Assembly: GCA_017854795.1 (NCBI GenBank)
Contig: JAFMHB010000005.1
Coordinates: 10,143 to 74,142 of the forward strand
Direction: 5' to 3'
From: Candidatus Nanopelagicales bacterium
Lineage (GTDB): Bacteria; Actinomycetota; Actinomycetes; S36-B12
Length of the DNA stretch: 64,000 bases
The notes under the pieces were generated by a model. That model worked only from the letters and a program-made list of their open reading frames with translations, was not told the DNA's origin and made no database searches. The position numbers and the translations under genes were made by a program. Below, in pieces: positions 28,648 to 38,614 of the stretch (positions are counted from its first letter, which is position 1; every line of letters starts with the position of its first letter).

Positions 28648-31476
28648 CTAACTGCAGCCGGACGTGTTCCCGCACCCCTCGCACACGTAGCAACTTCCAG
28701 CAGGCCGCATCTTAATACCGCAGGTCATGCACAGAGGTGCATCGGACGCGGTTCCCGTGATTGCTTCCATCAATTCCGCACTTGAGTGAACCTGTGCTGG
28801 AACAGTTGAAGGCGTTCCCGCTGGAGTTTGCGCCTGATCTTCTGGTGATTCGGCAACCGCTAGATCAGCAGCTGGTGCTGGTGCGTAATTACTTTGCACC
28901 GTTGCGGTGCGCTCCTCTGCGCTGAAGATCCCCAGTGCCTCACGCTGCTCAAAGGTCAGGTGATCAAGTGCCAGACGACGGAAAATGTAGTCCATCATTG
29001 ACTGGGCGATCCTGATATCGGGATCATCCGTCATGCCGGCTGGCTCGAATCGCATATTGACGAACTTATTGACGAATGCATCAAGTGGCACGCCGTATTG
29101 CAATGCGATGCTGATCGCGATTGAGAATGCATCCATGACTCCGGCAAGTGTCGAACCCTGCTTACCGAGCTTGAGAAACACTTCACCTAGTTCGCCATCT
29201 TCATAGCTTCCTGCAGTCATGTAGCCCTCAGCGCCGGCCACAGAGAAGGAAGTGGTTTGGCTGGGACGTGACTTGGGTAGGCGACGACGAACAGGATGCT
29301 CGCCCACGGTGACGGGCTCGAAAGCTGAGTCTGAGCTTTTAGCCTTTGCATCACTTAATGGTTGACCAACTTTGCAGTTGTCCCGATAGATAGCGAGAGC
29401 CTTGATCCCCTGCTTCCAACCCTGGAAGTAGATTTCTTCGACTTCGTCAACCGTAGCGTCAGATGGCATGTTGACCGTCTTGCTAATTGCGCCGGAGATG
29501 AATGGCTGCACGGCAGCCATCATGCGAACGTGCCCCATTGGAGTAATAGAACGCGCACCCATTGCGGTATCGAAGATCGCGTAGTGCTCCTGCTTGAGGC
29601 CTGGGGCATCAATGACATGACCATTCTCGCCAATGAACTCAATAATCGCTTCAACAGTTTCTTCGGCGTAACCGAGTTTGCGCAGTGCACGTGGAATTGT
29701 CTGGTTCACGATTTGCATTGAGCCACCGCCAACAAGCTTCTTGAACTTAACCAAGGAGAAATCCGGCTCAATGCCGGTGGTGTCGCAGTCCATCATGAAG
29801 CCAATAGTTCCGGTTGGGGCCAACACGGATGCTTGGGCATTTCGCCAACCATTGGTGTCGCCCAGTGTCAGTGCATCTTCCCAAACTTTGACAGCGAGAG
29901 CCGTCACGTCACCATCAAGATTGCTGAAGCGACGAATATTGTCATTGGATGCAGCATGCTTGCGCATTACTCGCTTGTGGGCGTACTCGTTACGTGCATA
30001 ACCCTCATAAGGACCAACAATCCCAGCGAGTTCAGCACTGCGCTTGTAAGCGGTTCCGGTCATGAGCGAGGTGATTCCTGCGGCAAAGGCACGTCCTGCT
30101 TCGGAGTCATACGGCAAACTTGTCGCCATGAGGAGTGCGCCGAGGTTTGCGTAGCCCACGCCCAACTGACGGAAACGACGTGTGGTGTCGCCAATGGGTG
30201 CCGTTGGAAAGTCGGCAAAACAGATCGAGATATCCATTGCTGTAATTACGTACTCAACAGCCTTGGAGAACCTCTCCGCGTCGAATGTGTCGTCATCCTT
30301 GAGGAACTTGAGCAGATTCAAACTGGCCAAGTTGCAGGAAGAGTTGTCCAAGCTCATATATTCAGAGCAAGGGTTTGAAGCGTTGATCCGACCCGTTTCG
30401 GGATTGGTGTGCCAGTCATTGATTGTGTCGTCGTACTGGATACCAGGATCCGCACACGCCCAAGCGGCCTCCGTCATCTTACGAAAGAGTGCACGTGCAT
30501 CAACAGTTTCAACTACTCGCCCGTCGGTGCGAGCTGTTAAACCAAATGGCTCACCATTTTCCACGGCGGACATGAAAAGATCCGAAACCCGAACCGAGTT
30601 ATTTGCATTTTGGTATTGGACGCTCGCGATATCCGCGCCGCCCAAATCCATGTCGTAACCCGCGTCACGCAGTACACGAATTTTGTCTTCTTCTCGGACC
30701 TTGGTTTCAATGAATTCTTCGATATCAGGGTGATCAACGTCAAGAACGACCATCTTGGCGGCCCGTCGGGTAGCTCCGCCGGACTTAATCGTCCCAGCCG
30801 AAGCGTCAGCACCACGCATAAAGGACACCGGACCTGATGCTGTTCCACCGGAGGAACGCAAGAGTTCCTTGCTGGAACGAATTCGGGACAGATTCAGTCC
30901 TGCACCCGAACCGCCTTTGAAGATCATGCCCTCTTCGCGGTACCAGTTCAGGATCGAGTCCATAGTGTCATCGACACTCAGGATGAAGCATGCGCTGACC
31001 TGCTGGGGAGCCGTTGTTCCCACGTTGAACCAAACGGGTGAGTTGAAGGAAAACACTTGATGCAAAAGCATGTACGTGAGTTCATGCTCAAAAATTTCCG
31101 AATCCTTGTCAGTGCGGAAGTAACCATTGTCACGACCAGCCTTTGTGTACGTGAGAACAACCCGGTCAATGAGTTGCTTCAAGCTCCACTCGCGATTGTC
31201 AGCCCCAACAGCTCCACGGAAGTACTTCGTTGTGACGATGGTCGATGCATTCACACTCCAAAAATCTGGGTATTCAACACCTCGCTGCTCGAAAACAACT
31301 TCACCAGTCTTCCAGTTGTTCTGAACAACGTCGCGCCGTTCCCAATTCACATCGTCATAAGGATGAATTCCCTCGGTAGTGAACAGTCGGACCAGTTGTA
31401 GCCCTGGTCCACCAACAGTGTTATTTACGAAATCCTCTTTGGATGTGATTGCTGGTGCTTCTGGTGCCTGCGTCAT
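28648..31476 (-). CDS. nrdJ: Vitamin B12-dependent ribonucleotide reductase (class II)
   Basis: About 942 aa from ATG 31476 (MTQAPEAP...). The active-site region reads NPCSEYMSLDNSSCNLASLNL, and the C-terminal Cys tail reads CMTCG...CYVCEGCGNTSGCS. The longer ORF to 31863 overlaps nrdR. Confidence 0.92.
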   Translation of the reverse strand: MTQAPEAPAITSKEDFVNNTVGGPGLQLVRLFTTEGIHPYDDVNWERRDVVQNNWKTGEVVFEQRGVEYPDFWSVNASTIVTTKYFRGAVGADNREWSLKQLIDRVVLTYTKAGRDNGYFRTDKDSEIFEHELTYMLLHQVFSFNSPVWFNVGTTAPQQVSACFILSVDDTMDSILNWYREEGMIFKGGSGAGLNLSRIRSSKELLRSSGGTASGPVSFMRGADASAGTIKSGGATRRAAKMVVLDVDHPDIEEFIETKVREEDKIRVLRDAGYDMDLGGADIASVQYQNANNSVRVSDLFMSAVENGEPFGLTARTDGRVVETVDARALFRKMTEAAWACADPGIQYDDTINDWHTNPETGRINASNPCSEYMSLDNSSCNLASLNLLKFLKDDDTFDAERFSKAVEYVITAMDISICFADFPTAPIGDTTRRFRQLGVGYANLGALLMATSLPYDSEAGRAFAAGITSLMTGTAYKRSAELAGIVGPYEGYARNEYAHKRVMRKHAASNDNIRRFSNLDGDVTALAVKVWEDALTLGDTNGWRNAQASVLAPTGTIGFMMDCDTTGIEPDFSLVKFKKLVGGGSMQIVNQTIPRALRKLGYAEETVEAIIEFIGENGHVIDAPGLKQEHYAIFDTAMGARSITPMGHVRMMAAVQPFISGAISKTVNMPSDATVDEVEEIYFQGWKQGIKALAIYRDNCKVGQPLSDAKAKSSDSAFEPVTVGEHPVRRRLPKSRPSQTTSFSVAGAEGYMTAGSYEDGELGEVFLKLGKQGSTLAGVMDAFSIAISIALQYGVPLDAFVNKFVNMRFEPAGMTDDPDIRIAQSMMDYIFRRLALDHLTFEQREALGIFSAEERTATVQSNYAPAPAADLAVAESPEDQAQTPAGTPSTVPAQVHSSAELMEAITGTASDAPLCMTCGIKMRPAGSCYVCEGCGNTSGCS

Positions 31477-31534
31477 GGTGGTGCCTTTCGATTCATGGGA
31501 AGTTTCTGTAGTTGTATTTAGTTGTGGTTGAGGC

Positions 31535-32026
31535 TTAGTTACTCGCGTGCGTAGAAGTTTCAGGTTCTCTCCCGGTAGGTTCACCTTCGGCCCGAAGGAG
31601 GGCAATTTCGGCTTCAAAATCTTCAAGAGTGTCAAAGGATCGATAGACGGAAGCGAACCGGAGATAGGCAACTTCGTCGAGTTCACGAAGTGGAGAAAGA
31701 ATGGCGAGTCCCACTTCCTGGGCAGGGATTTCGCTATTTCCCGTGGCGCGAAGAAAATCCTCGACGCGTTGTGCAAGTAGTGCGAGATGATCATCAGACA
31801 CTGGCCTTCCCTGACACGCCTTGCGAACTCCACTAACGACCTTGCTTCGATTAAACGGCTCACTAACCCCGCTTCTTTTAACGACGGCCAGGGCAGCTAC
31901 CTCGGCGGTTGTGAACCTACGCCCGCACTGGCCACATTCCCTGCGTCGACGAATAGCCAGACCGTCATCAACTGTCCGAGAGTCAACCACCCGAGAATCT
32001 TCTTCACGGCAAAATGGGCATTTCAT
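31535..32026 (-). CDS. nrdR: Transcriptional repressor NrdR
   Basis: [17 protein letters not shown]...[12 protein letters not shown] forms the Zn-ribbon, followed by an ATP-cone. Confidence 0.92.
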   Translation of the reverse strand: MKCPFCREEDSRVVDSRTVDDGLAIRRRRECGQCGRRFTTAEVAALAVVKRSGVSEPFNRSKVVSGVRKACQGRPVSDDHLALLAQRVEDFLRATGNSEIPAQEVGLAILSPLRELDEVAYLRFASVYRSFDTLEDFEAEIALLRAEGEPTGREPETSTHASN

Positions 32027-32114
32027 CTGGTGATCGACTCCCCTCCATGATTAACTTTCGCGACACCTGACACTTCGACCTCTTGTGTAACACCCGTAAC
32101 GCCAGTACTGCCAT

Positions 32115-32174
32115 CCTGTGGACTACCTGTGGATGGTGTGCGACTAACCTGTGCGCTCAAACCACAACCTGTGG
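32115..32174 (-). promoter_or_regulatory. Phased direct-repeat array CCTGTGGA (plus strand) upstream of nrdR-nrdJ; candidate operator array
   Basis: Three exact CCTGTGGA copies start at 32115, 32126 and 32168, with a CCTGTGC variant at 32148. Spacings are 11, 22 and 20 nt. The last copy forms the palindrome CCACAACCTGTGG (32162-32174). Confidence 0.35.
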
Positions 32175-32262
32175 ACAAACACTCGGGTGTAACTACTACA
32201 TCTAGGGGTGTGAATCTAATGGATCAATGCCATTTATGCAACCTAATTCAGTCGGCGTGTTG

Positions 32263-32979
32263 CTATCTAGTTGACGGCAATTCGCCAAAAGTCGTGTTCA
32301 GGTGCCCGACCGTTAACTTTGTACGCAAAACCAGACCCTTATGGGCGTAATGCAATGGCCCTGACATCGGAATTTTTGCCGCCTGGGCGTGCTTAGCCCA
32401 CGGCACGACGTGCACATTGGGTCGTTTCGCTGCGATTTTCTTGAGGGTTGTGTTGAACCACACTTGCTTTGATTTGCTAAAGCGATCGCCGTTGCTCCCA
32501 TAAAGATTCACCCATAGAACGTTCCTTGAGGGACCCAGTTGGTTGAGAATCTTGTTGATCCGCATTCGCGTGGTGGATCTTTCAATCCACCGCATATCGT
32601 TGATACCTACTGCTAGTACCACTGTCTTCGGCACTCCTTTCCAGGCGCGTTGATCCCGTATTTGCGACATCGCCCAGTCGATTCGCTTCCCACCAAAGCA
32701 CCGGATAACGGGATTCCAGCCGGAAGACTTCAGTGCCTTTGTGAGCATTGTGCGTGAGTCCCTCGTGACCGAGTCCCCGATTACGAGAACCTTTTCACCT
32801 TGACCGGGCCCACGGGGATTAGCAACATCGAATGACAAGGGTGCACTACATGCGCGGGCATCTCCACCGGTGCGCCAACTTGGATCAGATTGCGCGGACA
32901 GAGCCGGGCTTGTCGAAGCCACGACCATCGCAGTCACCATGATGGCGACCGCAACAGTCCGAACAGGGAATCCCTTCAT
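32263..32979 (-). CDS. Secreted SGNH/GDSL-type hydrolase
   Basis: 238 aa with a signal peptide (MVTAMVVASTSPALSA), block I (VLVIGDSVTRDS) and block III (VGINDM). Confidence 0.75.
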   Translation of the reverse strand: MKGFPVRTVAVAIMVTAMVVASTSPALSAQSDPSWRTGGDARACSAPLSFDVANPRGPGQGEKVLVIGDSVTRDSRTMLTKALKSSGWNPVIRCFGGKRIDWAMSQIRDQRAWKGVPKTVVLAVGINDMRWIERSTTRMRINKILNQLGPSRNVLWVNLYGSNGDRFSKSKQVWFNTTLKKIAAKRPNVHVVPWAKHAQAAKIPMSGPLHYAHKGLVLRTKLTVGHLNTTFGELPSTR

Positions 32980-33009
32980 AGCATCACTTTAAAACGCTGA
33001 TAAAGATCG

Positions 33010-33348
33010 TCAGGAGATGGGCACAATTAAAGACTGTCCGGGGAAAACATGCTGGGAACCAAGAGCGTTAATTTCGCGAATCCGAATCACCAAATCACGG
33101 GGGTCGCCCTCAGGGTCAATACCCTGAGCGATTGACCAAAGGTTTTCACCCGGCTGAACAACAACCACACTGGTAGCTGATCCAGAGGAGCTTCCTGCCG
33201 CATCTGCGGTTCCACTACCAAACAGAACCCACACAAAGATTGCCATTAAGGTCAAAATCAACCCAATTACGACCCTGCCTCGGGCAGTTAGCACAATCGA
33301 TTGATGGTTCGCAGATACGGCCTCTGGGGGCAACGTGCTGACATTCAT
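33010..33348 (-). CDS. LysM domain membrane protein, ChiZ-like (divergent from lexA)
   Basis: 112 aa with one TM segment and a C-terminal LysM domain (VVVQPGENLWSIAQ...INALGSQHVFPGQSLIVP). SOS boxes lie in its upstream region. Confidence 0.8.
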   Translation of the reverse strand: MNVSTLPPEAVSANHQSIVLTARGRVVIGLILTLMAIFVWVLFGSGTADAAGSSSGSATSVVVVQPGENLWSIAQGIDPEGDPRDLVIRIREINALGSQHVFPGQSLIVPIS

Positions 33349-33367
33349 GGGGAAGCCTTTCAGTTAT

Positions 33368-33383
33368 TCGAACGGATGTACGA
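33368..33383. promoter_or_regulatory. LexA (SOS) box 1 in the lexA / LysM-gene divergent region
   Basis: TCGAACGGATGTACGA has one mismatch to the actinobacterial consensus TCGAAC-N4-GTTCGA. Confidence 0.7.
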
Positions 33384-33419
33384 TTTATAGCACTGAGATG
33401 GCGACACGTCCAACACATT

Positions 33420-33435
33420 TCGAACATGTGTTTGA
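33420..33435. promoter_or_regulatory. LexA (SOS) box 2 in the lexA / LysM-gene divergent region
   Basis: TCGAACATGTGTTTGA has one mismatch to TCGAAC-N4-GTTCGA. Confidence 0.7.
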
Positions 33436-33539
33436 TTCGTGTCGGACTCTGAACTAACCTGACCTCACCAGATGGGTGTGACATTGGCGTTATTTACCCG
33501 TCAGCACACGTTGTGCAAACAAATTGACAAGGAGTCACA

Positions 33540-34274
33540 ATGGCTGGCCGGATTCAGAAACCCAAGGAAACAATTACCCGTTCCGATACCCGTTCCAAAG
33601 GTCCAGATGCTAAATCCGTGGTGACACAGCTCCATGACCCCTCCCGTAGCGAACTTTCCCCTCGTCAACAGGCGATATTGGACATGATTCGCGACACCAC
33701 GCTAGAACGCGGCTACCCACCCAGCGTCCGCGAAATCGGGGAGTCGGTTGGCTTAACCAGCCCCAGCTCGGTAGCCCACCAACTCAAGAATTTGCAGCGG
33801 GCTGGTTTTTTGCGAATTGACCCCAATCGACCCCGAGCGCTGGTTCTTTCACCGGAGTCGACAGATGACGGTGTATCTGCCCTGGCCGAATCTCAATCCA
33901 CAACCACGAACGTTCCCGTCCTCGGCCGCATCGCGGCGGGTGGGCCCATCCTTGCTGAACAATCCGTTGAGGCAATATTTCCACTCCCCCGGGACCTTGT
34001 CGGTGAAGGCGAACTTTTCAGTCTCAAGGTGGTCGGTGACTCCATGGTGGACGCAGCAATCTGTGACGGCGACTGGGTTGTTGTACGGCAGCAGTCAACA
34101 TGTGAAAACGGCGATGTCGTCGCCGCTTTGATTGACGATGAAGCAACGGTGAAGACTTTCAAGCGCAGGGAAGGTCATGTCTGGTTGTTGCCACACAATC
34201 CGGCGTATTCACCGATTCTGGGTGACAACGCACAAATCCTTGGCAAGGTTGTTTCGGTGTTGCGCAGACTTTGA
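33540..34274 (+). CDS. lexA: LexA repressor
   Basis: It has a winged HTH ([14 protein letters not shown]...[28 protein letters not shown]), the cleavage site context GRIAAGGP, and the S24 peptidase residues (VVGDSM ... TVKTF). Confidence 0.92.
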   Translation: MAGRIQKPKETITRSDTRSKGPDAKSVVTQLHDPSRSELSPRQQAILDMIRDTTLERGYPPSVREIGESVGLTSPSSVAHQLKNLQRAGFLRIDPNRPRALVLSPESTDDGVSALAESQSTTTNVPVLGRIAAGGPILAEQSVEAIFPLPRDLVGEGELFSLKVVGDSMVDAAICDGDWVVVRQQSTCENGDVVAALIDDEATVKTFKRREGHVWLLPHNPAYSPILGDNAQILGKVVSVLRRL

Positions 34275-34310
34275 TCACCCATCACGTAAATTCGGTCGAA
34301 AGATTAATTA

Positions 34311-36278
34311 TTAACCCGCGGCTCTTAAATCTGAATCACGGCGCAATCTTTGGAGCGCATTAATCGCTGTGGCCGCATCCGTTGTGAACCACATCGGCGG
34401 CATACTTTTTCGGAGACTGCTCCCGTAACCCGAGTTTGCTAGTCGTGAATCCAAGACACTCACCACTCCTTTGTCGTGCCCACTTCGAATCAACCTGCCC
34501 GATGCCTGGGCAAGCAGCAGTCCCGCGCGTGGAAGGGTCACTGATCGAAAACCTGAGCCACCTGCATCGTCGACGCGGGCGGAACGAGCAGACATCACCG
34601 GATCATCGGGGCGGGGGAAAGGAATGCGGTCGATTATTACTTGGATACACGAATCACCAGGGACGTCAACACCTTGCCATAGCGACAGTGTTCCAATCAA
34701 GGTTGATTCAATGTCGTTGGTGAACCGTTCCACAAGGAGTGAAACCGATTCACCCTTTCTTTGAACATGTAATGGACTATCGCACCGCACCCGCAAATAC
34801 TCAGATGCTTTTTCGACCGCCCGCCAACTCGAACACAAAATCAAGGTACGGCCACCAGCAGCTTCGACCAACTCTCCCATCGCATCCAGGCTCGCCATAT
34901 CAAGTCCTTCACGCCCTGGGGGTGGCAGATCTGCTGCGACATAAAGAATCCCTTGTTTTGCATAATCAAATGGGGAGCCAACATCGAGTGTCTCTGTGCG
35001 TTTATCCGTGCCCAAACCAAGGGACGCTGAAATTGAATCGAAATTACCGCTCGTGGTCAGGGTTGCGCTGGTAACGATCGCGAACTTCTCAGCAAATAAC
35101 CGGTCGCGTAAAAGGTGTGCGACACTCAAAGGCGCACTGTGCAGTGTTGGCGGCCGTCCATCATGATCAATCCACAACACGGAATCATTTCCTTGAGATA
35201 TGAGTGCCCCCGCGAAATCGTGTAGTTCCTCAAGGCCACCTCGGGCTCTCTGATTTCGCGCTGCAATATCTGGGTCTTCACCCTTTTGAGGCACCATCTC
35301 GCTAACACCTGCATGGCTCGCATCTCGAATAAGAGTCAAGGCCAGGAGTAGCTCAGGATCCACATGAGAAAGCCGTGTTAGTCCAGACGTTGGGTCCGAG
35401 GACGCCAGCAGTGCATCCTCGAAGGCCTTCTGGGAGTCCATCAATACGTCCATGGTTTGATCGCTCACCTGTGAGCCAACCCGCGAAATCGCCCTTTCCA
35501 CCCCCGCTGCATTTAGTTCAATTGTTATCGCGCCAGTGGCTCGATCAACTATTTCATGGCCTTCATCGATAATCACAATGTCGTGGTCAGGCAAAATTGG
35601 AATTCCTTCAACAACATCAATGGCTAATAGTGCATGATTTGTGACAACAATGTGCGCAGCCTGAGCTTGCAACCGCCTTTTTGCCGTAAAACAATCTTCT
35701 CCGAATGAGCACTTTGATTCACCAACGCATTCGCGTCTATTCACCGAAAATGCCCGCCACACCCGGGGATCTATGTCGTCACCGAAATCGTCTTTGTCAC
35801 CGGTGTCGGTGCTCGTTGCCCACGCCCGAACCGCAACGGCTTGGTCTCCAAGAACTCCACGACTCACGTCAAAAAGTGCCTCGCCATCAGGGTCTGGAAT
35901 CTCCGAGTGCAGTTTTTGTAGACATACGTAATTGTTTCGACCTTTGAGGACAGCGAACGTCAATGTAACGCCGTACTCCTTCGCCAAAGTTGATGCCAGA
36001 AGCGGTAAATCTTTTTCCATTAATTGCCGCTGTAGCGCTATGGTCGCAGTAGACACTACTACCGTGCTGCCTCCCTCACTCAGTGCGTGAGCGGCAGCAG
36101 GAACAAGGTAGCCGAGTGATTTTCCTGTTCCAGTTCCAGCTTGGATGATTCGATGACCTCCCGCACTCAAACCCTCGACGATTGTCGAAACCATCTGTTG
36201 CTGACCTAGACGCTCCGAGCCATTAAATGCATCGACTGTCTTTTGTAATAACTCTTGGGCATCGATATCAACCGGCAC
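34311..36278 (-). CDS. ATP-dependent DNA helicase, DinG/Rad3 family
   Basis: 655 aa with motif I (AGTGTGKSLGYL) and a DEAH-like box (IIDEGHE), plus Cys residues in the insertion region and C-terminal helicase motifs (LDSR). The GTG start overlaps the hflX end by 11 nt. Confidence 0.85.
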   Translation of the reverse strand: MPVDIDAQELLQKTVDAFNGSERLGQQQMVSTIVEGLSAGGHRIIQAGTGTGKSLGYLVPAAAHALSEGGSTVVVSTATIALQRQLMEKDLPLLASTLAKEYGVTLTFAVLKGRNNYVCLQKLHSEIPDPDGEALFDVSRGVLGDQAVAVRAWATSTDTGDKDDFGDDIDPRVWRAFSVNRRECVGESKCSFGEDCFTAKRRLQAQAAHIVVTNHALLAIDVVEGIPILPDHDIVIIDEGHEIVDRATGAITIELNAAGVERAISRVGSQVSDQTMDVLMDSQKAFEDALLASSDPTSGLTRLSHVDPELLLALTLIRDASHAGVSEMVPQKGEDPDIAARNQRARGGLEELHDFAGALISQGNDSVLWIDHDGRPPTLHSAPLSVAHLLRDRLFAEKFAIVTSATLTTSGNFDSISASLGLGTDKRTETLDVGSPFDYAKQGILYVAADLPPPGREGLDMASLDAMGELVEAAGGRTLILCSSWRAVEKASEYLRVRCDSPLHVQRKGESVSLLVERFTNDIESTLIGTLSLWQGVDVPGDSCIQVIIDRIPFPRPDDPVMSARSARVDDAGGSGFRSVTLPRAGLLLAQASGRLIRSGHDKGVVSVLDSRLANSGYGSSLRKSMPPMWFTTDAATAINALQRLRRDSDLRAAG

Positions 36279-37671
36279 GCAAAAACCCTTGACGCTTGAT
36301 GTCGGCTGCTAACGCTGGAGGTACTAACGCCGTCACGCAACTACCCATTTCCACATGGTCAATACGCACTTGCTCACCGGAGTCATGAATGCGGGCAAGT
36401 AAATCCCCACGATTGTAAGGAATCGTCACATCAATTGCCACGAGCGTTTGAGGTAGTACCGAATCTATTCGCTCCAGTAATTCGTCAAGCCCAGCACCCG
36501 TTTGTGCACTGATCACAATTGATTCCGGGAATGATCCCTGGATTGCGGTGATGTCCATCGGGTCCGCGATATCACATTTATTTATTGCGATGATTTCAGG
36601 TATTTCACCAGCACCAATTTCGTTGAGTACCTCTCGCACCGCCGAAATCTGCCCGAATGGGTCTTCATCTGAGCCATCGACCACATGAACGATGAGACTG
36701 GCTTCCTGCACTTCGGTCAGCGTTGACCGAAAAGCCTCAACGAGGTCGTGTGGCAAGTGCCGAACAAAACCCACAGTGTCAGCGAGGGTGAATTCCTTAC
36801 CACTTGGTGCCTTCATCTTTCGAACAGTTGGGTCTAGGGTTGCAAACAGTGCATCTTGCACAAGTACCCCTGCCCCAGTCAATGCATTAAGCACACTTGA
36901 TTTTCCTGCATTTGTGTATCCGGCCAGTGCCACAGTTGCAATCCCCGATGCTTCTCGAGCGCCGCGCTGGGTTTTGCGGGTGGCCTCAAGGGCCTTGAGT
37001 TCACGGCGCAACTTTGTCATTTGGGCCCTGATGCGTCGACGATCAGTTTCGATCTTGGTTTCACCGGGGCCACGCGTGCCCAAACCTCCACCGGCTCCAC
37101 CAGCGTGCCCACCTGCTTGCCGGCTCAGCGACTCACCCCAACCGCGCAGCCGCGGTAACAGATACTGCATCTGGGCTAGCGAGACCTGAGCCTTGCCTTC
37201 GCGACTGCGCGCATGCTGGGCGAAAATGTCAAGAATTAGCCAAGTGCGGTCAACAACTTTTACTTTGACAATATTTTCCAACTGCCTGAGTTGCCCCGGC
37301 GTTAACTCACCATCGCAAATCACGGTGTCAGCGCCCGTTTCAGTGACGATACGAGCCAATTCCTGAACTTTTCCCGAACCTAAGTAGGTCGCAGGATCAG
37401 GAGCATCGCGTCGTTGGATCACACCGTCGACCACGACGGATCCAGCTGTTTCCGCCAAGGCCGCCAACTCACGCAGCGAACGCTCAGCTGACTCAACGCC
37501 GCCACTGGTCCACACCCCTGCGAGAACCACCCGTTCAAGCCTGATCTGTCGATATTCGACCTCTGTGATGTCCTGTAGTTCCGTGGACAAGGACGAGACC
37601 TTGCGTAGTCCGGCCCTCTGCTCGAGTTCAAGGCTTACATCAAGATCTTGATCGGAGCCAGTTTCATTCAC
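36268..37671 (-). CDS. hflX: GTPase HflX
   Basis: 467 aa with the HflX N-domain followed by G1 (GYTNAGKSS), G3 (DTVGF) and G4 (NKCD). Confidence 0.9.
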   Translation of the reverse strand: MNETGSDQDLDVSLELEQRAGLRKVSSLSTELQDITEVEYRQIRLERVVLAGVWTSGGVESAERSLRELAALAETAGSVVVDGVIQRRDAPDPATYLGSGKVQELARIVTETGADTVICDGELTPGQLRQLENIVKVKVVDRTWLILDIFAQHARSREGKAQVSLAQMQYLLPRLRGWGESLSRQAGGHAGGAGGGLGTRGPGETKIETDRRRIRAQMTKLRRELKALEATRKTQRGAREASGIATVALAGYTNAGKSSVLNALTGAGVLVQDALFATLDPTVRKMKAPSGKEFTLADTVGFVRHLPHDLVEAFRSTLTEVQEASLIVHVVDGSDEDPFGQISAVREVLNEIGAGEIPEIIAINKCDIADPMDITAIQGSFPESIVISAQTGAGLDELLERIDSVLPQTLVAIDVTIPYNRGDLLARIHDSGEQVRIDHVEMGSCVTALVPPALAADIKRQGFLRAG

Positions 37672-37741
37672 AAACTAAGTATCGCAGATGCCTTCCAGAT
37701 GACCTACTGTTAAAAACGATTGGTGGATTCACGACCCCAAA

Positions 37742-38608
37742 TTAGATTAAAACCCGGCCACGAGCGACAAGTTCGGCTGCTCCCCGCAAAGTGAAGTCCC
37801 CTGTTTCACTGTTTTCGCTTACGAAGAGCTCCCCACCAGGTACAGACACTTTCCAAACAAATTGATTCTCATGAATTTTTTGGCTCCGTCTGGCAGCCCA
37901 AGCAACGGCACACGCACCGGTCCCACAGGATTGAGTCTCACCCACCCCACGCTCAAACACCCGCATTCTTACTTCGCCGGGGGCCGTTATCGCGGCGAAT
38001 TCAACGTTCATTCCTTCGGGAAATGCATCAAGTGGTTCGACTGCGGGAATCTCGCACAGAATCAATTGAGATAGTTGCGCTTCATCCACCCAACACACAG
38101 CATGGGGATTAGGAAAGAACACTCCTACCGAATCAAATACTTCACCCGTCGCTAGGTGAATTCTTTGTGTAGGTGTTGGTGCCTGTGGCGAAGCAGCAAA
38201 AGCTTGTCCCATCTCAATGGATACGGTGAGATCAGGATGCACCTGCACGGCACGAACACCACCACGTGTTGAGATGGTGAATTCCTTTTCTGTTTCAAGA
38301 CCATTCGCGACCAAGTAACGGGCAAATACCCGTGCACCGTTGCCACACATTTCAGCATAACTTCCGTCGGCATTTTGATGGTCCATGAACCAAGTTGCAT
38401 TGCCATGATCAATTCCAGGTAAGTCAATATTTTTCGTTCGGACAGCACCAATCACGCCGTCCGCGCCCAAGCCTGAGCGACGGTCACACAGGGCCTCAAC
38501 CTGAGTGGGCGAAATGTGAATCGATGATTTCTCATTGTTGTAAAGGATAAAATCATTGGCTGTCCCATGACCTTTAACGAACACTAATTCCGCCAATAAA
38601 CTCACCAC
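37742..38608 (-). CDS. dapF: Diaminopimelate epimerase
   Basis: It has FVKGHGTANDF and both catalytic Cys contexts (EMCGNGARV, SCGTGACA). Confidence 0.9.
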   Translation of the reverse strand: MVSLLAELVFVKGHGTANDFILYNNEKSSIHISPTQVEALCDRRSGLGADGVIGAVRTKNIDLPGIDHGNATWFMDHQNADGSYAEMCGNGARVFARYLVANGLETEKEFTISTRGGVRAVQVHPDLTVSIEMGQAFAASPQAPTPTQRIHLATGEVFDSVGVFFPNPHAVCWVDEAQLSQLILCEIPAVEPLDAFPEGMNVEFAAITAPGEVRMRVFERGVGETQSCGTGACAVAWAARRSQKIHENQFVWKVSVPGGELFVSENSETGDFTLRGAAELVARGRVLI

Positions 38609-38614
38609 CCCACT

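Noticed and set aside
31509-31525. A tandem TAGTTGT-N3-TAGTTGT repeat (ACAACTA on the minus strand) between nrdR and nrdJ, considered as a possible NrdR box.
   Set aside because: It is a direct repeat rather than a palindrome and matches the remembered NrdR-box consensus poorly. Short 7-mer repeats at this spacing are expected dozens of times by chance in the window.
31477-31863. A 129-aa N-terminal extension of the nrdJ ORF (ORF track 28648-31863).
   Set aside because: The extension overlaps almost all of the nrdR coding region in another frame and has no RNR-like sequence. The conserved NrdJ N-terminus begins at ATG 31476 (MTQAPEAP...).
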